Below are positions 39,045 through 48,634 of a stretch of DNA of 64,000 nt, one piece after another. The stretch covers positions 290 to 64,289 of the forward strand of contig JAAYVL010000156.1 of assembly GCA_012517205.1 (NCBI GenBank). The letters are read 5' to 3'. The notes under the pieces are model-generated. The model was not told the origin of the DNA. It was given only the letters and a program-made list of their open reading frames with translations, and searched no databases. Numbering within the stretch: the first letter of the stretch is position 1; the number at the start of each line of letters is the position of its first letter. The DNA is from Verrucomicrobiota bacterium (GTDB lineage: Bacteria; Verrucomicrobiota; Verrucomicrobiia; Limisphaerales; UBA8199). Position numbers and translations under genes: made by a program.

Positions 39045-40481
39045 ATGAAACCAGGCCAGGCTGTCCGGAGACTGCTGCCCGTGTGGGTGGCGATGCTTGG
39101 GTTGCTCGGCGCGCCGGAGGCGGGCGTCGGCGCTGGCGCCACGGCGGGCTGGGCAGAAGTTGAGATTACGCCGCCCCTGGGCATCGCGCTCGGCGGCCGG
39201 GCCGGGCCGGTCACGCCCGCCGACAAGGTGCTGGATCCCTTGTTCGCCCAGGTGCTGTGCCTGCGGGATGGCCTGGGGAAGGGGTTGGTTCTCGTCTCAC
39301 TCGATCTGATCGGCCTGCCGCATGACTTGAGCGACCGCCTGCGCGCACAGCTTGTGCAGGAGCTGGGAGTGGGATGGAACCTGGTGGTGCTGAATGCCTC
39401 CCACACGCATAGCGGGCCGTATATGCTGCGCAGCCTGGTGGCGGGACTTGGCCCGCCGCCGCCGGTCGAGGCGGAATACTTCGACACGCTGGAAGCGAAG
39501 GTGATCGGCGCCGCGCGGGCGGCCGGCCGCGCCCTGCGGCCCGTGCAAGTGGAGGTGTTTCACGGCCGCACGAAGCTGGGCATCAACCGCCGCGGCATAA
39601 ATAAGGAAGGGCGCTATGCGGGGATGGTTCCCAATGAAAACGGGCCGCGCGATGACCGGGTCTGGGCGATGAAATTAACGCCCACGCAGGGCGGGGCCCC
39701 GGCGCTGGTGTTTTCCTGCGCCTGCCATGCGGTGATTGTGTACGGGTTCGATTATGCCGCCCTCTCGGCCGACTTTCCCGGGGCAACCCGCAATCTTCTG
39801 CGCGCCGCGCTCGATCCCAAAGCGCACCTCCAGTTTGTGCAGGGCTTTGCCGGGGATGTCCGGCCGCGCGTGCTGGCGGACCTCGAGCGGGGCCGTTTCC
39901 GCAAAGCCACCCCCGCCGACCTGGAGCAGGCCGCGCGCGAATTGTCCGGCGCCGTGCTGTCCGCGTTGAAGACCCCGGGAGAAAAGCTGTCGCTGGACCT
40001 CGCGGGCGCCAGCGACCGGCCTTACCTGCCGCGGGGCGCGCCGCCGCCGCGCGAACGCTATGAGACCATGCGCGCCACGGCGCTGGCGCAGACCAACGCC
40101 CACCGGCTCGCGCTGGCGGAGTACTGGCTCCCGCGCTACGATGCGGGCGAAGGCTTCGCCCGCGGCAATGCCTGGCCGCTGGGCCTGATTCGATTGGCGG
40201 AGAACCAGTGGATTGTGCATTGCGCCGGCGAACCGTGCAGCGCGTGGCGGGGCCTGATGGCGCAATGGCTGGCGCCGTTGAACCTCGTGGCCTGGGGATA
40301 CAGCCAGGAAGCGCAGTCGTATTTGCCGACCGAATCCATGCTGCCCGAGGGAGGCTACGAAGTGGTGGATTGCAACCTGGGGCGAAAGGCCGGTTCGGCG
40401 CCTTTGGCGCCGGGCATCGAGGCGGCGGTGCGCCAAAGCCTCTTGCGGCAACTGGCGTTCATTCGCGCCGGCGCGCGGTGA
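39045..40481 (+). CDS. Neutral/alkaline ceramidase-like N-terminal domain hydrolase, secreted
   Basis: Signal peptide; EITPPLG, LDPLFAQVL, LVSLDLIG, NASHTHSGP, SCACHA, LSADFPG, QGFAGDVRP. Start at 39024 or 39045. Confidence 0.68.
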   Translation: MKPGQAVRRLLPVWVAMLGLLGAPEAGVGAGATAGWAEVEITPPLGIALGGRAGPVTPADKVLDPLFAQVLCLRDGLGKGLVLVSLDLIGLPHDLSDRLRAQLVQELGVGWNLVVLNASHTHSGPYMLRSLVAGLGPPPPVEAEYFDTLEAKVIGAARAAGRALRPVQVEVFHGRTKLGINRRGINKEGRYAGMVPNENGPRDDRVWAMKLTPTQGGAPALVFSCACHAVIVYGFDYAALSADFPGATRNLLRAALDPKAHLQFVQGFAGDVRPRVLADLERGRFRKATPADLEQAARELSGAVLSALKTPGEKLSLDLAGASDRPYLPRGAPPPRERYETMRATALAQTNAHRLALAEYWLPRYDAGEGFARGNAWPLGLIRLAENQWIVHCAGEPCSAWRGLMAQWLAPLNLVAWGYSQEAQSYLPTESMLPEGGYEVVDCNLGRKAGSAPLAPGIEAAVRQSLLRQLAFIRAGAR

Positions 40482-40609
40482 AGCAATGCCGGAAAGGGGC
40501 TGGCCGCCGGGCGTCCCGCCGGGGCGGAGCCGGCTGCCGGGCGCGGGGCATGCGGGAACGGGCAAACTTTCGCCTTTGAACTTTGCCGGCGCTTGCCTAT
40601 AACCACGGC

Positions 40610-41527
40610 GTGTCCGGGCAGTTTCGGCAACCCATAGACGCCAGCACGCGCTTTTGCGCCGTGTATGGCTATCCCGTCAGGCACTCCGCTTCGCCGGCGA
40701 TGCAGAATGCCGGCCTGGCCGCGCTCGGGCTTAACTGGCGCTACCTCGCCTGCGAAGTCCGCCCGGAAGACCTCCGCGCGGCCATCCAGGGCGCGCAGGC
40801 GATGGGCTTCCTCGGGCTCAACCTGACCGTCCCGCATAAGGAGATGGCGCGGGACCTGGTGGATGCGCTGGACGCCTCGGCCCGGACTTGGGGCGCGGTC
40901 AACACCATCCGCTTCGAGGGCCGCGACGAGCACGGCGCGTGGCGGGCTTTGCGCGAATTTTCCGCCCCTCCCCGGCAAACCCGATCGCAGGGCTTTAATA
41001 CCGACGCGGACGCCATCGTCCGCTCGCTGCGCGAAGATTTGGGGCTGGAACTGCGCGGGGCGAAGGTCCTGTTGCTGGGCGCGGGCGGGGCCGGGCGGAC
41101 GGCGGCGTTGAAGCTCGCCGCGGAAGGCGTCGCGGAGCTGTGCCTGGTCAATCGCACCCGCGGCAAGGCCGAAGCGGTCGCCACAGAAATCCGGGAGCAT
41201 TACCCGGAGGTGCGGCTGGCCCTGGGCTATCCCGCGGGCCCGGTGGAATTGGTGCTGAATGCGACTTCGCTGGGCCTGAAGGCGGGCGATGCGCTGCCGC
41301 TGGACGCCGGCCAGTTCCCGTTCCGGCGGGCGGGGGCCGCGTATGACATGATTTACCGGCCCGCGGAAACGGCGTTTCTCCAGGCGGCCCAGGCGGCCGG
41401 CTGCCGCGTCGCCAACGGCCTCGGAATGTTGCTCTACCAGGGCGCCGCCGCGCTCGAGTTGTGGACGGGGCAGCCGGCGCCCCTCGGGAACATGCGCCAG
41501 GCGCTGGAAAGGAACATCTACGGCTGA
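40610..41527 (+). CDS. aroE: Shikimate dehydrogenase
   Basis: GYPVRHSASPAMQNA, GLNLTVPHKE, GAVNTI, GFNTDADA, LLGAGGAG, NATSLG, DMIYRP, NGLGMLLYQGA. GTG start at 40610 chosen. Confidence 0.95.
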   Translation: MSGQFRQPIDASTRFCAVYGYPVRHSASPAMQNAGLAALGLNWRYLACEVRPEDLRAAIQGAQAMGFLGLNLTVPHKEMARDLVDALDASARTWGAVNTIRFEGRDEHGAWRALREFSAPPRQTRSQGFNTDADAIVRSLREDLGLELRGAKVLLLGAGGAGRTAALKLAAEGVAELCLVNRTRGKAEAVATEIREHYPEVRLALGYPAGPVELVLNATSLGLKAGDALPLDAGQFPFRRAGAAYDMIYRPAETAFLQAAQAAGCRVANGLGMLLYQGAAALELWTGQPAPLGNMRQALERNIYG

Positions 41528-41537
41528 CTTATCGCTC

Positions 41538-42647
41538 ATGCTGACTCCCAACTTCGACCCCAACCTCTGGGCGGCCGTTCCCTTTCATTTCTGGTCGGTG
41601 GCAAGCGTGGTGTTAGGCTCCATGGTCGGCAGCTTTCTTAATGTCTGCATTCACCGGCTGCCGCTGGAGCAGAGCGTCATTTCCCCCCCCTCCCATTGCC
41701 CGCATTGCAACTATTCCATCCCCTGGTATCTCAACATACCCCTGTTCACCTGGCTGTATTTGCGCGGCAAATGCCGGAACTGCGGCGCGCCCATTTCCAT
41801 CCGTTATTTCCTGGTCGAACTGCTGACGGCGGTGACGTTTCTGTGCTGCTGGCTGACCTTTGGGCCCTGTTCGGCGGCGCTCGCCCTGGTCTATGCCCTC
41901 TTCCTGTCCGGCTTGATTGCGGCCACCTTCATTGACTTCGAGCACTTCATCATCCCGGATGAAATCACCATCGGCGGCATGGTGGCCGGGTTCGCGTGCT
42001 CTTTTTTCTGGCCGGCGCTCCAGGGACAGGCGTCCCCGGCGGGCGGCCTGAGGCAAAGCCTCCTGGGCATGGGGGCCGGCGCGGGAATCATTTACTTGAT
42101 TCTGCGCGGCGGCAAGCTGCTGTTCGGCCGGCAACGCGTCACGCTGCCCGCTCATACCCGGGTGGTCTTCGGCGAGAGCGGCGTTCACCTGCCGGACCGG
42201 GAAATCCCTTATGACGAGCTCTTTTATCGCCGTTCGGACGTGATTACCTTGTACGCCCGCACGCTGGAACTGGCGGATCGCGGCTACAAGGATGTCCGGG
42301 TGCGGCTGGCGCCCGACCGGTTGCAGATCGGGGAGGAGGAATTGAATCCGGAGGAGGTGCCGCACCTGGAGGCCGTCTGCACCGAGATCGTTTTCCCCCG
42401 TGAAGCCATGGGCCTGGGGGACGTGAAGTTCATGGCGGCCATCGGCGCCTTTCTGGGGTGGCCGGCGGTGGTCTTTTCCCTGATGGTCAGTTCCATGATC
42501 GGGGCCGTGATCGGCGTTTCCCTGATTCTGCTGCGCAAGCGCGAATGGTCTTCGCACCTGCCGTACGGGCCTTACATCGCGCTGGCCGCCACCGTCTGGA
42601 TTTTCGGGGGCAAACGCCTGGTCCGGTGGTGGCTCGGGCTGGAATAG
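41538..42647 (+). CDS. pilD: Prepilin peptidase / N-methyltransferase (A24) with ~90-aa soluble insertion
   Basis: GSFLNVCIHRLP, PSHCPHC, YLRGKCRNC, FIDFEHFIIPD, EAMGLGDVKFMAAIGAFLGW, LPYGPYIA. Confidence 0.9.
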   Translation: MLTPNFDPNLWAAVPFHFWSVASVVLGSMVGSFLNVCIHRLPLEQSVISPPSHCPHCNYSIPWYLNIPLFTWLYLRGKCRNCGAPISIRYFLVELLTAVTFLCCWLTFGPCSAALALVYALFLSGLIAATFIDFEHFIIPDEITIGGMVAGFACSFFWPALQGQASPAGGLRQSLLGMGAGAGIIYLILRGGKLLFGRQRVTLPAHTRVVFGESGVHLPDREIPYDELFYRRSDVITLYARTLELADRGYKDVRVRLAPDRLQIGEEELNPEEVPHLEAVCTEIVFPREAMGLGDVKFMAAIGAFLGWPAVVFSLMVSSMIGAVIGVSLILLRKREWSSHLPYGPYIALAATVWIFGGKRLVRWWLGLE

Positions 42648-42698
42648 CGCGGGTCCCGCCGTCCGGGAAGCCCGCGGGGGCGGGCGGGCGGGGCGGCG

Positions 42699-44087
42699 TC
42701 AGGCGGCGGCCAGCGCCCCCGTTTCCACCCAGGCTTTCCGGCCGCCGACAATCGTGGCGACCGCCTTGCCTAGCAGCGGCCAGCCGTAAAAGGGGCTGTT
42801 CCGGGCTTTGCTGGCGGTAGCAGCCGGCTCGAATACCCACGCGCGATCCGGATCAAACACCGTCACGTCCGCCACCGCGCCGACGCTCAGCGTTCCGTGC
42901 GGCAGGCGCAGCCGCCGGGCCGGCGCTAAAGTGAACTTGGCGATGACCTCCGCCAGCCCCAGCCGCCCGCTGTGGTAAAGCTGCATCAGCGCCAGCGCCA
43001 GCGCGGTTTCCAGGCCCGTAATCCCGAACGGCGCGTAATCGAACTCCACCTCCTTCTCGTAATCACAGTGCGGCGCGTGGTCGCTGCCCAGGATTTCCAG
43101 CGTCCCATCCGCCAGGCCTTCGAGGATGGCCTCGCGGTCGCGGGCCGTACCCAGGGGGGGGTTGACTTTGAAGTTCGTGTCATACGCCGGCCAGGCCGGC
43201 CGGGGCCGGGAGCCGGAGCCAAGGCCGAAAACGCCCGGCCCATCCGTTTCCAGGAACTTCTGGCTGCCGGCGATCGCCGCATCCGTCAGGGTGAAGTGAT
43301 GCGGGCAGGCTTCGCCGGAAATGGGCACCCCGCGCCGCTTCGCCTCCCGCAGCAGGCGCACGCTCCCGGCGGCGCTGATATGCTGGCAATGCACCTGCGC
43401 GCCCGTCATTTCGGCCAGCAGGATGTTCCGCGCGACGATCGTTTCTTCGCCCGCCGCCGGCCAGCCGCGCAGCCCCAGCGCCGTGCTCCAATAGCCCTCG
43501 CGCATGACCCCTTCGGTCACCAGCGAATAATCCTGGCAATGATCCAGAACCGGCAGCTCGAACATCTTCGCATACTCCATCGCCCGCCGCATCAGCTCCG
43601 TGTTTTGCACGCAATGCCCATCGTCCGTAATGGCGGCCACCCCAGCCTTTTTCAGCGAGCCAATCGGCGCCAGTTCCTCCCCCGCCAGCCCCTTGGTGAT
43701 CGCCCCCGCGACATAGACATTCACGACTCCCTCCCGGGCGGCGCGCTCGCGGATAAGCGCGACCGTCCCGGCATTGTCCGTCGCCGGGGAAGTGTTGGGC
43801 ATGCAGAGAATCGAGGTGAACCCCCCGCGGGCCGCCGCCGCCGTGCCGCTGGCAATGGTTTCCTTCGCGGTCTGGCCCGGCTCGCGCAAGTGCACATGCA
43901 TATCTATCAGGCCCGGGCAAACCACCCGCCCGCCCACGTCCAGCCGTTCCACACCGGCGGGAGCCTGCCCCGCCACAGCCGGCCCCACGGCGGCAATCTT
44001 CCCGTCGCAAATCAGCACCTCGGCGCGCGCGTCGAAATCATTGGCGGGGTCAATCACCCGTCCGCCGGTCAGCAGCAGCGAATTCAT
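42699..44087 (-). CDS. pyrC: Dihydroorotase (long, multifunctional-complex type)
   Basis: PGLIDMHVHLREPG, GGFTSILCMPNT, HCQD, HCQHIS, EACPHHF, FKVNPPL, SDHAPH, PFGITGLET. Confidence 0.92.
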   Translation of the reverse strand: MNSLLLTGGRVIDPANDFDARAEVLICDGKIAAVGPAVAGQAPAGVERLDVGGRVVCPGLIDMHVHLREPGQTAKETIASGTAAAARGGFTSILCMPNTSPATDNAGTVALIRERAAREGVVNVYVAGAITKGLAGEELAPIGSLKKAGVAAITDDGHCVQNTELMRRAMEYAKMFELPVLDHCQDYSLVTEGVMREGYWSTALGLRGWPAAGEETIVARNILLAEMTGAQVHCQHISAAGSVRLLREAKRRGVPISGEACPHHFTLTDAAIAGSQKFLETDGPGVFGLGSGSRPRPAWPAYDTNFKVNPPLGTARDREAILEGLADGTLEILGSDHAPHCDYEKEVEFDYAPFGITGLETALALALMQLYHSGRLGLAEVIAKFTLAPARRLRLPHGTLSVGAVADVTVFDPDRAWVFEPAATASKARNSPFYGWPLLGKAVATIVGGRKAWVETGALAAA

Positions 44088-44237
44088 GCAGCGCAGCTTA
44101 AAGGCCGCCCGGAGAAGTTCAAGCTCCGTCCGGGGTCAATCTCCGGCATTCCGGCGCCCGGGTAAAATCCGGCCAGCTCGGGGGCGGCCTTTATTCCCGC
44201 GCGGCCGCGGCCCGCGGCGCTTCCCGGCGTGCGGGCC

Positions 44238-44269
44238 AACAAAAAGGGCCGGGTCACTGGACCCGGCCC
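44238..44269 (-). terminator. Intrinsic terminator of the 673-aa secreted-protein gene
   Basis: Minus strand: GGGCCGGGTC-CAGT-GACCCGGCCC followed by TTTTTGTT, ~30 bp after the stop at 44302. Confidence 0.85.
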
Positions 44270-44301
44270 GTTGAATGAGGATTGGCTATGCCAGCCGCGT
44301 C

Positions 44302-46323
44302 TTACTTGCTCTCGATGCGGTAGAAGCCAGGCCCCGGAACCGCGAAGGTGCCCGGCGTGGCGTTGTTGGTCGCCACCGGGACCCAGGTGTTCATCGGGGC
44401 GTTCACAGCCGCCGCCTTGAGCAGAATGAACTGCGTCCCGGCGCCCGTGCTGTAGGCAATCGTCGTGGCCGTGATGCTGTCTATCTTCACCGGCTCAACG
44501 GCTGGCGCGCTGACCGTGAGCACGCCCGGCGAGCTCTCGATGGGATCGCAAGCAGCGTTGCTCACGACAACCGTGTAGTTCCCGGCATCGCCGGCACTCA
44601 CCGAGCCGATGGTGTAGCTGCTGCTGTCAGTGCCGACGTTGCTGCCATTGTGCTTCCACTGGTAGGAGAACGGCCCGACGCCAGTGGCGACAACGCTAAA
44701 CGTGACGCTCTCGCCCGGCGCCTTGGTCTGGCTGGCGACAGGGCCGACGCCCAGCTTGGCCGTGGTCTCGCCCACCGGCAGGACCAGCAAACGCAGGGTC
44801 ACCGGCTTGCTCTTGTCGAGCTGCGGGTAGGTCGCGCCGTTGGAGCGGTTGGCCAGGACGCGCACCCAGCGCGTTTGCCCTTCATTCTTGAATTGCCACC
44901 GGATGCGGCAAGAGTTCGTGCCTTCATAGGCATTCGCCTGGCTAATCACGGAAGAAGTAGTTCCGCCGCCCAGGACGTGGATGGCGGGGTCAGGAACGCC
45001 AGTGGCATTCGGCGCCGCGAACATCACGCTGTCACCGGCCTCCCAGCCCTCGAAGTCCTCAATGACCACGTCGCCATTCATGATCTTGTCCACATAGATG
45101 TCGTAGGGGCCCGTATCGGGATTGTCGGGATCAATCGCGAAGGAGAGGGCATCGAAGGTGCAGAACGGATCGCTGTCGGAATACGCAGTCCCCGCCATCC
45201 AGTTGAGCATCGGATCAGTGGCGAAATCAAACGTCACCGTTTGCCAGCAGGAGCCGGGCACCAGCGCAACGCCGCCCACGGGCGCAGTAGCGGAGCCGCC
45301 CGCCAGCCCGGTGGCGTTAACGTGGTACAGTGTCGTGGCCGCACCCGAGGTATCCGCGCCCGCGGGGCCGGTCAGCGCCGATTGCGCGCCGCAGGACAGC
45401 ACGACCTTGAGCGCCGGGTTGGCGCCACTGCCCACCAGCGGGCCGTCAGCCGGCAGCGGGGAAACGCAGTACCCCTCCGGGGCCGCGCTTGGCTTCTTCT
45501 GCGTCGCTTTGATGATATTGCCCTTGACCAGGCCGGTGTTCACCGGGACGCTGAGCGCGCCGGCCGCAAAGCCCGCGGCGAGGTTCGTCTGGCCGATTTC
45601 AGCATCGTTCGCAAAAATCGTGACATTCGTCGCGCCCGCAGTGACCCCCGAGACCGTGACAAACATTTGGCCGGCCGCGAGCGGTCCATTGACGGACAGG
45701 TCGCCGACGGCGCCGGCGCACGCATCAATAAGGGTGAACTTAAAGGCGTCCACGTAGAGGCGCTTTTCGTTGGAGCTCGGCCCGGTAACGCCGCCCACCT
45801 GCTTAAAGATGATCTCCGGATCCGTAATGCCCGGGGCATTGGTGATATAGCCCATCAATTTCCACGTGTTCCCGCCGTTTGCCTGGTTAAAGACGGCGGA
45901 ATTGGTGCATCCCGCGGACGTTTGACCATAGAAGTTGTCTGCGCAGTAGGCTGTGACCACAACGTCCGGCGAGGTCGTCAGCGTGGTATGGGCAACTTCG
46001 ATGCTATAAACGCCGCCATCAACCCCCAGCGGCGGGACGATGAGCCAGTTGGGATTCAAGTCCTGGCCGTAGTAATAGACGCATCTCGTACGGGAGGGGA
46101 CGCCCGGCGGATTAGCAATCGCAGTTGACCCGAATCCCGAATAAGAAGGCCCTAAACCCAAGGGGTCATTGAAAAAGGTTGTGCTATTAAGAGTCCCCCC
46201 GAGATAGGTGGTGAGGTAAACTACATCAGCCCGCAGCGGTTGGACCGCCAGTGAGCCGATCGCGAGGAGAGCCAGAGTTGCCCGGCGCAACCCGACCCAA
46301 CAAGAGGATTTTGTTCTATACAT
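44302..46323 (-). CDS. Secreted multi-domain beta-rich protein with an immunoglobulin (I-set-like) domain
   Basis: Signal peptide (..ATLALLAIGSLAVQPLRA); Ig motif FSVVATG.GPFSYQWKHNG...YTIGSVSAGDAGNYTVVVSN; terminal ..WVPVATN..FYRIESK; own terminator. Confidence 0.8.
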   Translation of the reverse strand: MYRTKSSCWVGLRRATLALLAIGSLAVQPLRADVVYLTTYLGGTLNSTTFFNDPLGLGPSYSGFGSTAIANPPGVPSRTRCVYYYGQDLNPNWLIVPPLGVDGGVYSIEVAHTTLTTSPDVVVTAYCADNFYGQTSAGCTNSAVFNQANGGNTWKLMGYITNAPGITDPEIIFKQVGGVTGPSSNEKRLYVDAFKFTLIDACAGAVGDLSVNGPLAAGQMFVTVSGVTAGATNVTIFANDAEIGQTNLAAGFAAGALSVPVNTGLVKGNIIKATQKKPSAAPEGYCVSPLPADGPLVGSGANPALKVVLSCGAQSALTGPAGADTSGAATTLYHVNATGLAGGSATAPVGGVALVPGSCWQTVTFDFATDPMLNWMAGTAYSDSDPFCTFDALSFAIDPDNPDTGPYDIYVDKIMNGDVVIEDFEGWEAGDSVMFAAPNATGVPDPAIHVLGGGTTSSVISQANAYEGTNSCRIRWQFKNEGQTRWVRVLANRSNGATYPQLDKSKPVTLRLLVLPVGETTAKLGVGPVASQTKAPGESVTFSVVATGVGPFSYQWKHNGSNVGTDSSSYTIGSVSAGDAGNYTVVVSNAACDPIESSPGVLTVSAPAVEPVKIDSITATTIAYSTGAGTQFILLKAAAVNAPMNTWVPVATNNATPGTFAVPGPGFYRIESK

Positions 46324-46538
46324 AACAGGAGTTGGTTTACTGTTTCGTTATTGTTTCTTTCGTTTTCAGAGTCCACAGACTCATGCCATTACCTGCAATA
46401 TGAAGAATAAGACCGAAAAGGTCAACCCTTTTCCGCCAAAAAATGCGGATTTATTTGCAAGCCGCCCCACCCGTCCGGGAAGGCCGGGCGGGAGGTTCGA
46501 AAAGGCGGAAGAGCCGCGCGGGGGCGGAGGCGGAGCGG

Positions 46539-47846
46539 TCAGAGGCGCAGGAAGACCTTGCGCTGGTAGAGGAAGCGAACCAGCCAGAACGCCAGCAGCA
46601 GGCCCACAAGGGAAATGACCAGTTCGCCGCAGCCCTGGGCGACCCGTTCGTCGAAGAACGCCTTGACGTCGCCGCCCGCCAGCCGGGGGGCCAGGCGGCG
46701 GAAACCGCCGAGGATATTGGCGGCGATGTAAATCGTGATCGAGTTCATCCCCATCCAGACAAAGGGCTGGCACCAGGCGCGCGCCTGCCAGAGGTCCACG
46801 ACGAGGTAGAAAAGCCCCAGCAGGATGGCGCTGTAGCCGCCGGCGACCAGCACGTAGGACGAGGTCCAGATTTTCTTGATGACCGGGAACTGGGCATCCC
46901 ACAGCCAGCCCAGCGTGGCGGCGGCCAGGCCAAAGGCAATCAGCCACGCCACTTTCTGGCGGCCCGCGAGGGTGGGCATCCGGAGCAGCAAGCCGGCAAA
47001 CACCCCCAGCAGGCAGGTCGCCACAGCGGGGAGGGTGCTCAACAGCCCTTCCGGGTCGTAGAAGGTGTCGTACTTGCGCCCCGGCAAGTATTCGAAATCC
47101 AGGTGGTTGGCCAGGTTCAGCCCGGCGTCAAACCTGCCGGTGACCCGGTTGGTCGTCGCGTAGAACATCTCCCGCGCCGCCGCCCACGCCGGGCTGTCCT
47201 TGACCGCCGAGGGGTTGCGCTCCGCTTTGAACAGCGCGGCAACCTCGGGGCGGCCCGCCTCCGCGGCGCGCTGGGCGAGGGCGCTCCGGGTCAACGGGAG
47301 GTCGCGAACCGGCACGAACGTCATCAGCGCCCAGTAGCCCGCCAGCAGACCCACGCAAATCGCCGCCAGCGCCCGCGGCCGGAAAAAGCAAAACAGCGCG
47401 CCGGCGAAGAAATACGCCAGCGCAATCCGGTTGAGCACGCCCATCAGCCGGAGGTCGGGCCAGGGATTCGTCAGGCCGCCCGAGTAGAAGATGCCGATGA
47501 CAAACAGCAGGAGGCTGCGCCGCACGATCCGCTGGATTGCCCGGGCCCGCCCCTCCAGGGCAATAGTCCGGGAGAGGGAGAACACCAGCGAGACCCCGAC
47601 GATGAAGATGAACAGCGGGAAGATCAGGTCATAGAAGCGGAAGCCCGCCCATTCGGCGTGTTCGAGCTGGCGGGCCAGGAACCGGGTGGGCGGCGTCTGC
47701 GACATGCGGTTCAGCGCATAGACCAGGGAATCGGCGCCAATGATCCAGAACATGTCGAAGCCCCGCAGCGCATCCACGGACATGAGCCGCTGGCTGGGAG
47801 GAGTCTTTTCGGTCAGGGTTGCCATACGCGACTGAGTTTTGGACAT
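46539..47846 (-). CDS. Heparan-alpha-glucosaminide N-acetyltransferase-like (DUF5009) membrane acyltransferase
   Basis: RLMSVDALRGFDMFWIIG, HAEWAGFRFYDLIFPLFIFIVG, GVLNRIALAY, DPEGLLSTLPAV, PVIKKIWTSSYVL, GMNSITIY. Start at 47846 or 47825. Confidence 0.85.
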   Translation of the reverse strand: MSKTQSRMATLTEKTPPSQRLMSVDALRGFDMFWIIGADSLVYALNRMSQTPPTRFLARQLEHAEWAGFRFYDLIFPLFIFIVGVSLVFSLSRTIALEGRARAIQRIVRRSLLLFVIGIFYSGGLTNPWPDLRLMGVLNRIALAYFFAGALFCFFRPRALAAICVGLLAGYWALMTFVPVRDLPLTRSALAQRAAEAGRPEVAALFKAERNPSAVKDSPAWAAAREMFYATTNRVTGRFDAGLNLANHLDFEYLPGRKYDTFYDPEGLLSTLPAVATCLLGVFAGLLLRMPTLAGRQKVAWLIAFGLAAATLGWLWDAQFPVIKKIWTSSYVLVAGGYSAILLGLFYLVVDLWQARAWCQPFVWMGMNSITIYIAANILGGFRRLAPRLAGGDVKAFFDERVAQGCGELVISLVGLLLAFWLVRFLYQRKVFLRL

Positions 47847-47853
47847 ATTTAGC

Positions 47854-48312
47854 CCAGGCATTTCACCCCTGCAAGACTGGAGCGCGGGCATCCTGCCCGC
47901 TTACAGCCTCCCAACGGGCTAAGCGGGCCAGAGGCCCGCGCTCCGGCCTGCGGGTATTTCGTGCGGGGCGTGAAATATCCCGAAGTGTATTTGGCCAAGG
48001 TGAGTGATCGGCTCTAGTCCAGACATTTCACACCTGCAAGACTGGAGCGCGGGCATCCTGCCCGCTTACAGCCTCCAAACGGGCTAAACGGGCCAGATGC
48101 CCGCGCTCCGGCCTGCGGGTATTTCGTGCGGGGCGTGAAATATCCCGAAGTGTATTTGGCCAAGGTGAGTGATCGGCTCTAGTCCAGACATTTCACCCCT
48201 GCAAGACTGGAGCGCGGGCATCCTGCCCGCTTACAGCCTCCAAACGGGCTAAGCGGGCAAGATGCCCGCGCTCCGGCCTGCGGGTATTTCGTGCGGGGCG
48301 TGAAATATCCCG
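47854..48312. repeat. Tandem array of ~2.8 x 165-bp units, each carrying a REP-doublet (REPIN-like) hairpin
   Basis: CATTTCAC anchors at 47859, 48024 and 48189 (period 165). Units 1 and 2 differ at 4 positions. Each unit has GGAGCGCGGGCA-TCC-TGCCCGCTTA...TAAGCGGGC(C/A)AGA(G/T)GCCCGCGCTCC-type arms, bracketed by ATTTCAC/GTGAAAT. Confidence 0.93.
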
Positions 48313-48364
48313 GTTAGAACAATCCCCCGCCGCGCCGCAACCGCAAAACCACATTTTCCGCCGG

Positions 48365-48634
48365 CTACCAGACCCAGTGCGCCAGAAACGCCGCCAGCGC
48401 GGCCAGCGCCGCCACCCACCAAAACCAATGAAGGCCGCGCGGCACGGCGCGCCGGCCGCCGAACTCGCGCCGGACGAAGTCTTCGTAGTCGAAGGCGTCA
48501 TCGGGCAGGTCCAGGCCATCCGCGCGCGCCGCCTCGGACCAGCCGGTCCGCTCATCCGCCCCGCATTCCGGGCAGGCCCGGGCCGCGGGGGGAACGTCGG
48601 CACCGCAATGGGGGCAGGTCTCGGGCGGGGTCAT
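48365..48634 (-). CDS. Zinc-ribbon domain protein with C-terminal TM helix
   Basis: CPHCG..VP...RACPECG, GWS, acidic DLPDDAFDYEDF, hydrophobic Trp-rich C-terminus; ATGA overlap with cutA. Confidence 0.78.
   Translation of the reverse strand: MTPPETCPHCGADVPPAARACPECGADERTGWSEAARADGLDLPDDAFDYEDFVRREFGGRRAVPRGLHWFWWVAALAALAAFLAHWVW

Noticed and set aside
35060-39487. 1475-aa minus-strand ORF and other long track ORFs (e.g. 13037-14968, 15053-16390, 29727-32219 extension, 57803-59797, 44275-46128)
   Set aside because: Antisense or alternative-frame shadows of well-supported genes in high-GC DNA, with no recognisable motifs.
47854-48312. CRISPR array
   Set aside because: The sequence between palindromes is essentially identical from unit to unit (no unique spacers), the period is 165 bp, and there are no cas genes.
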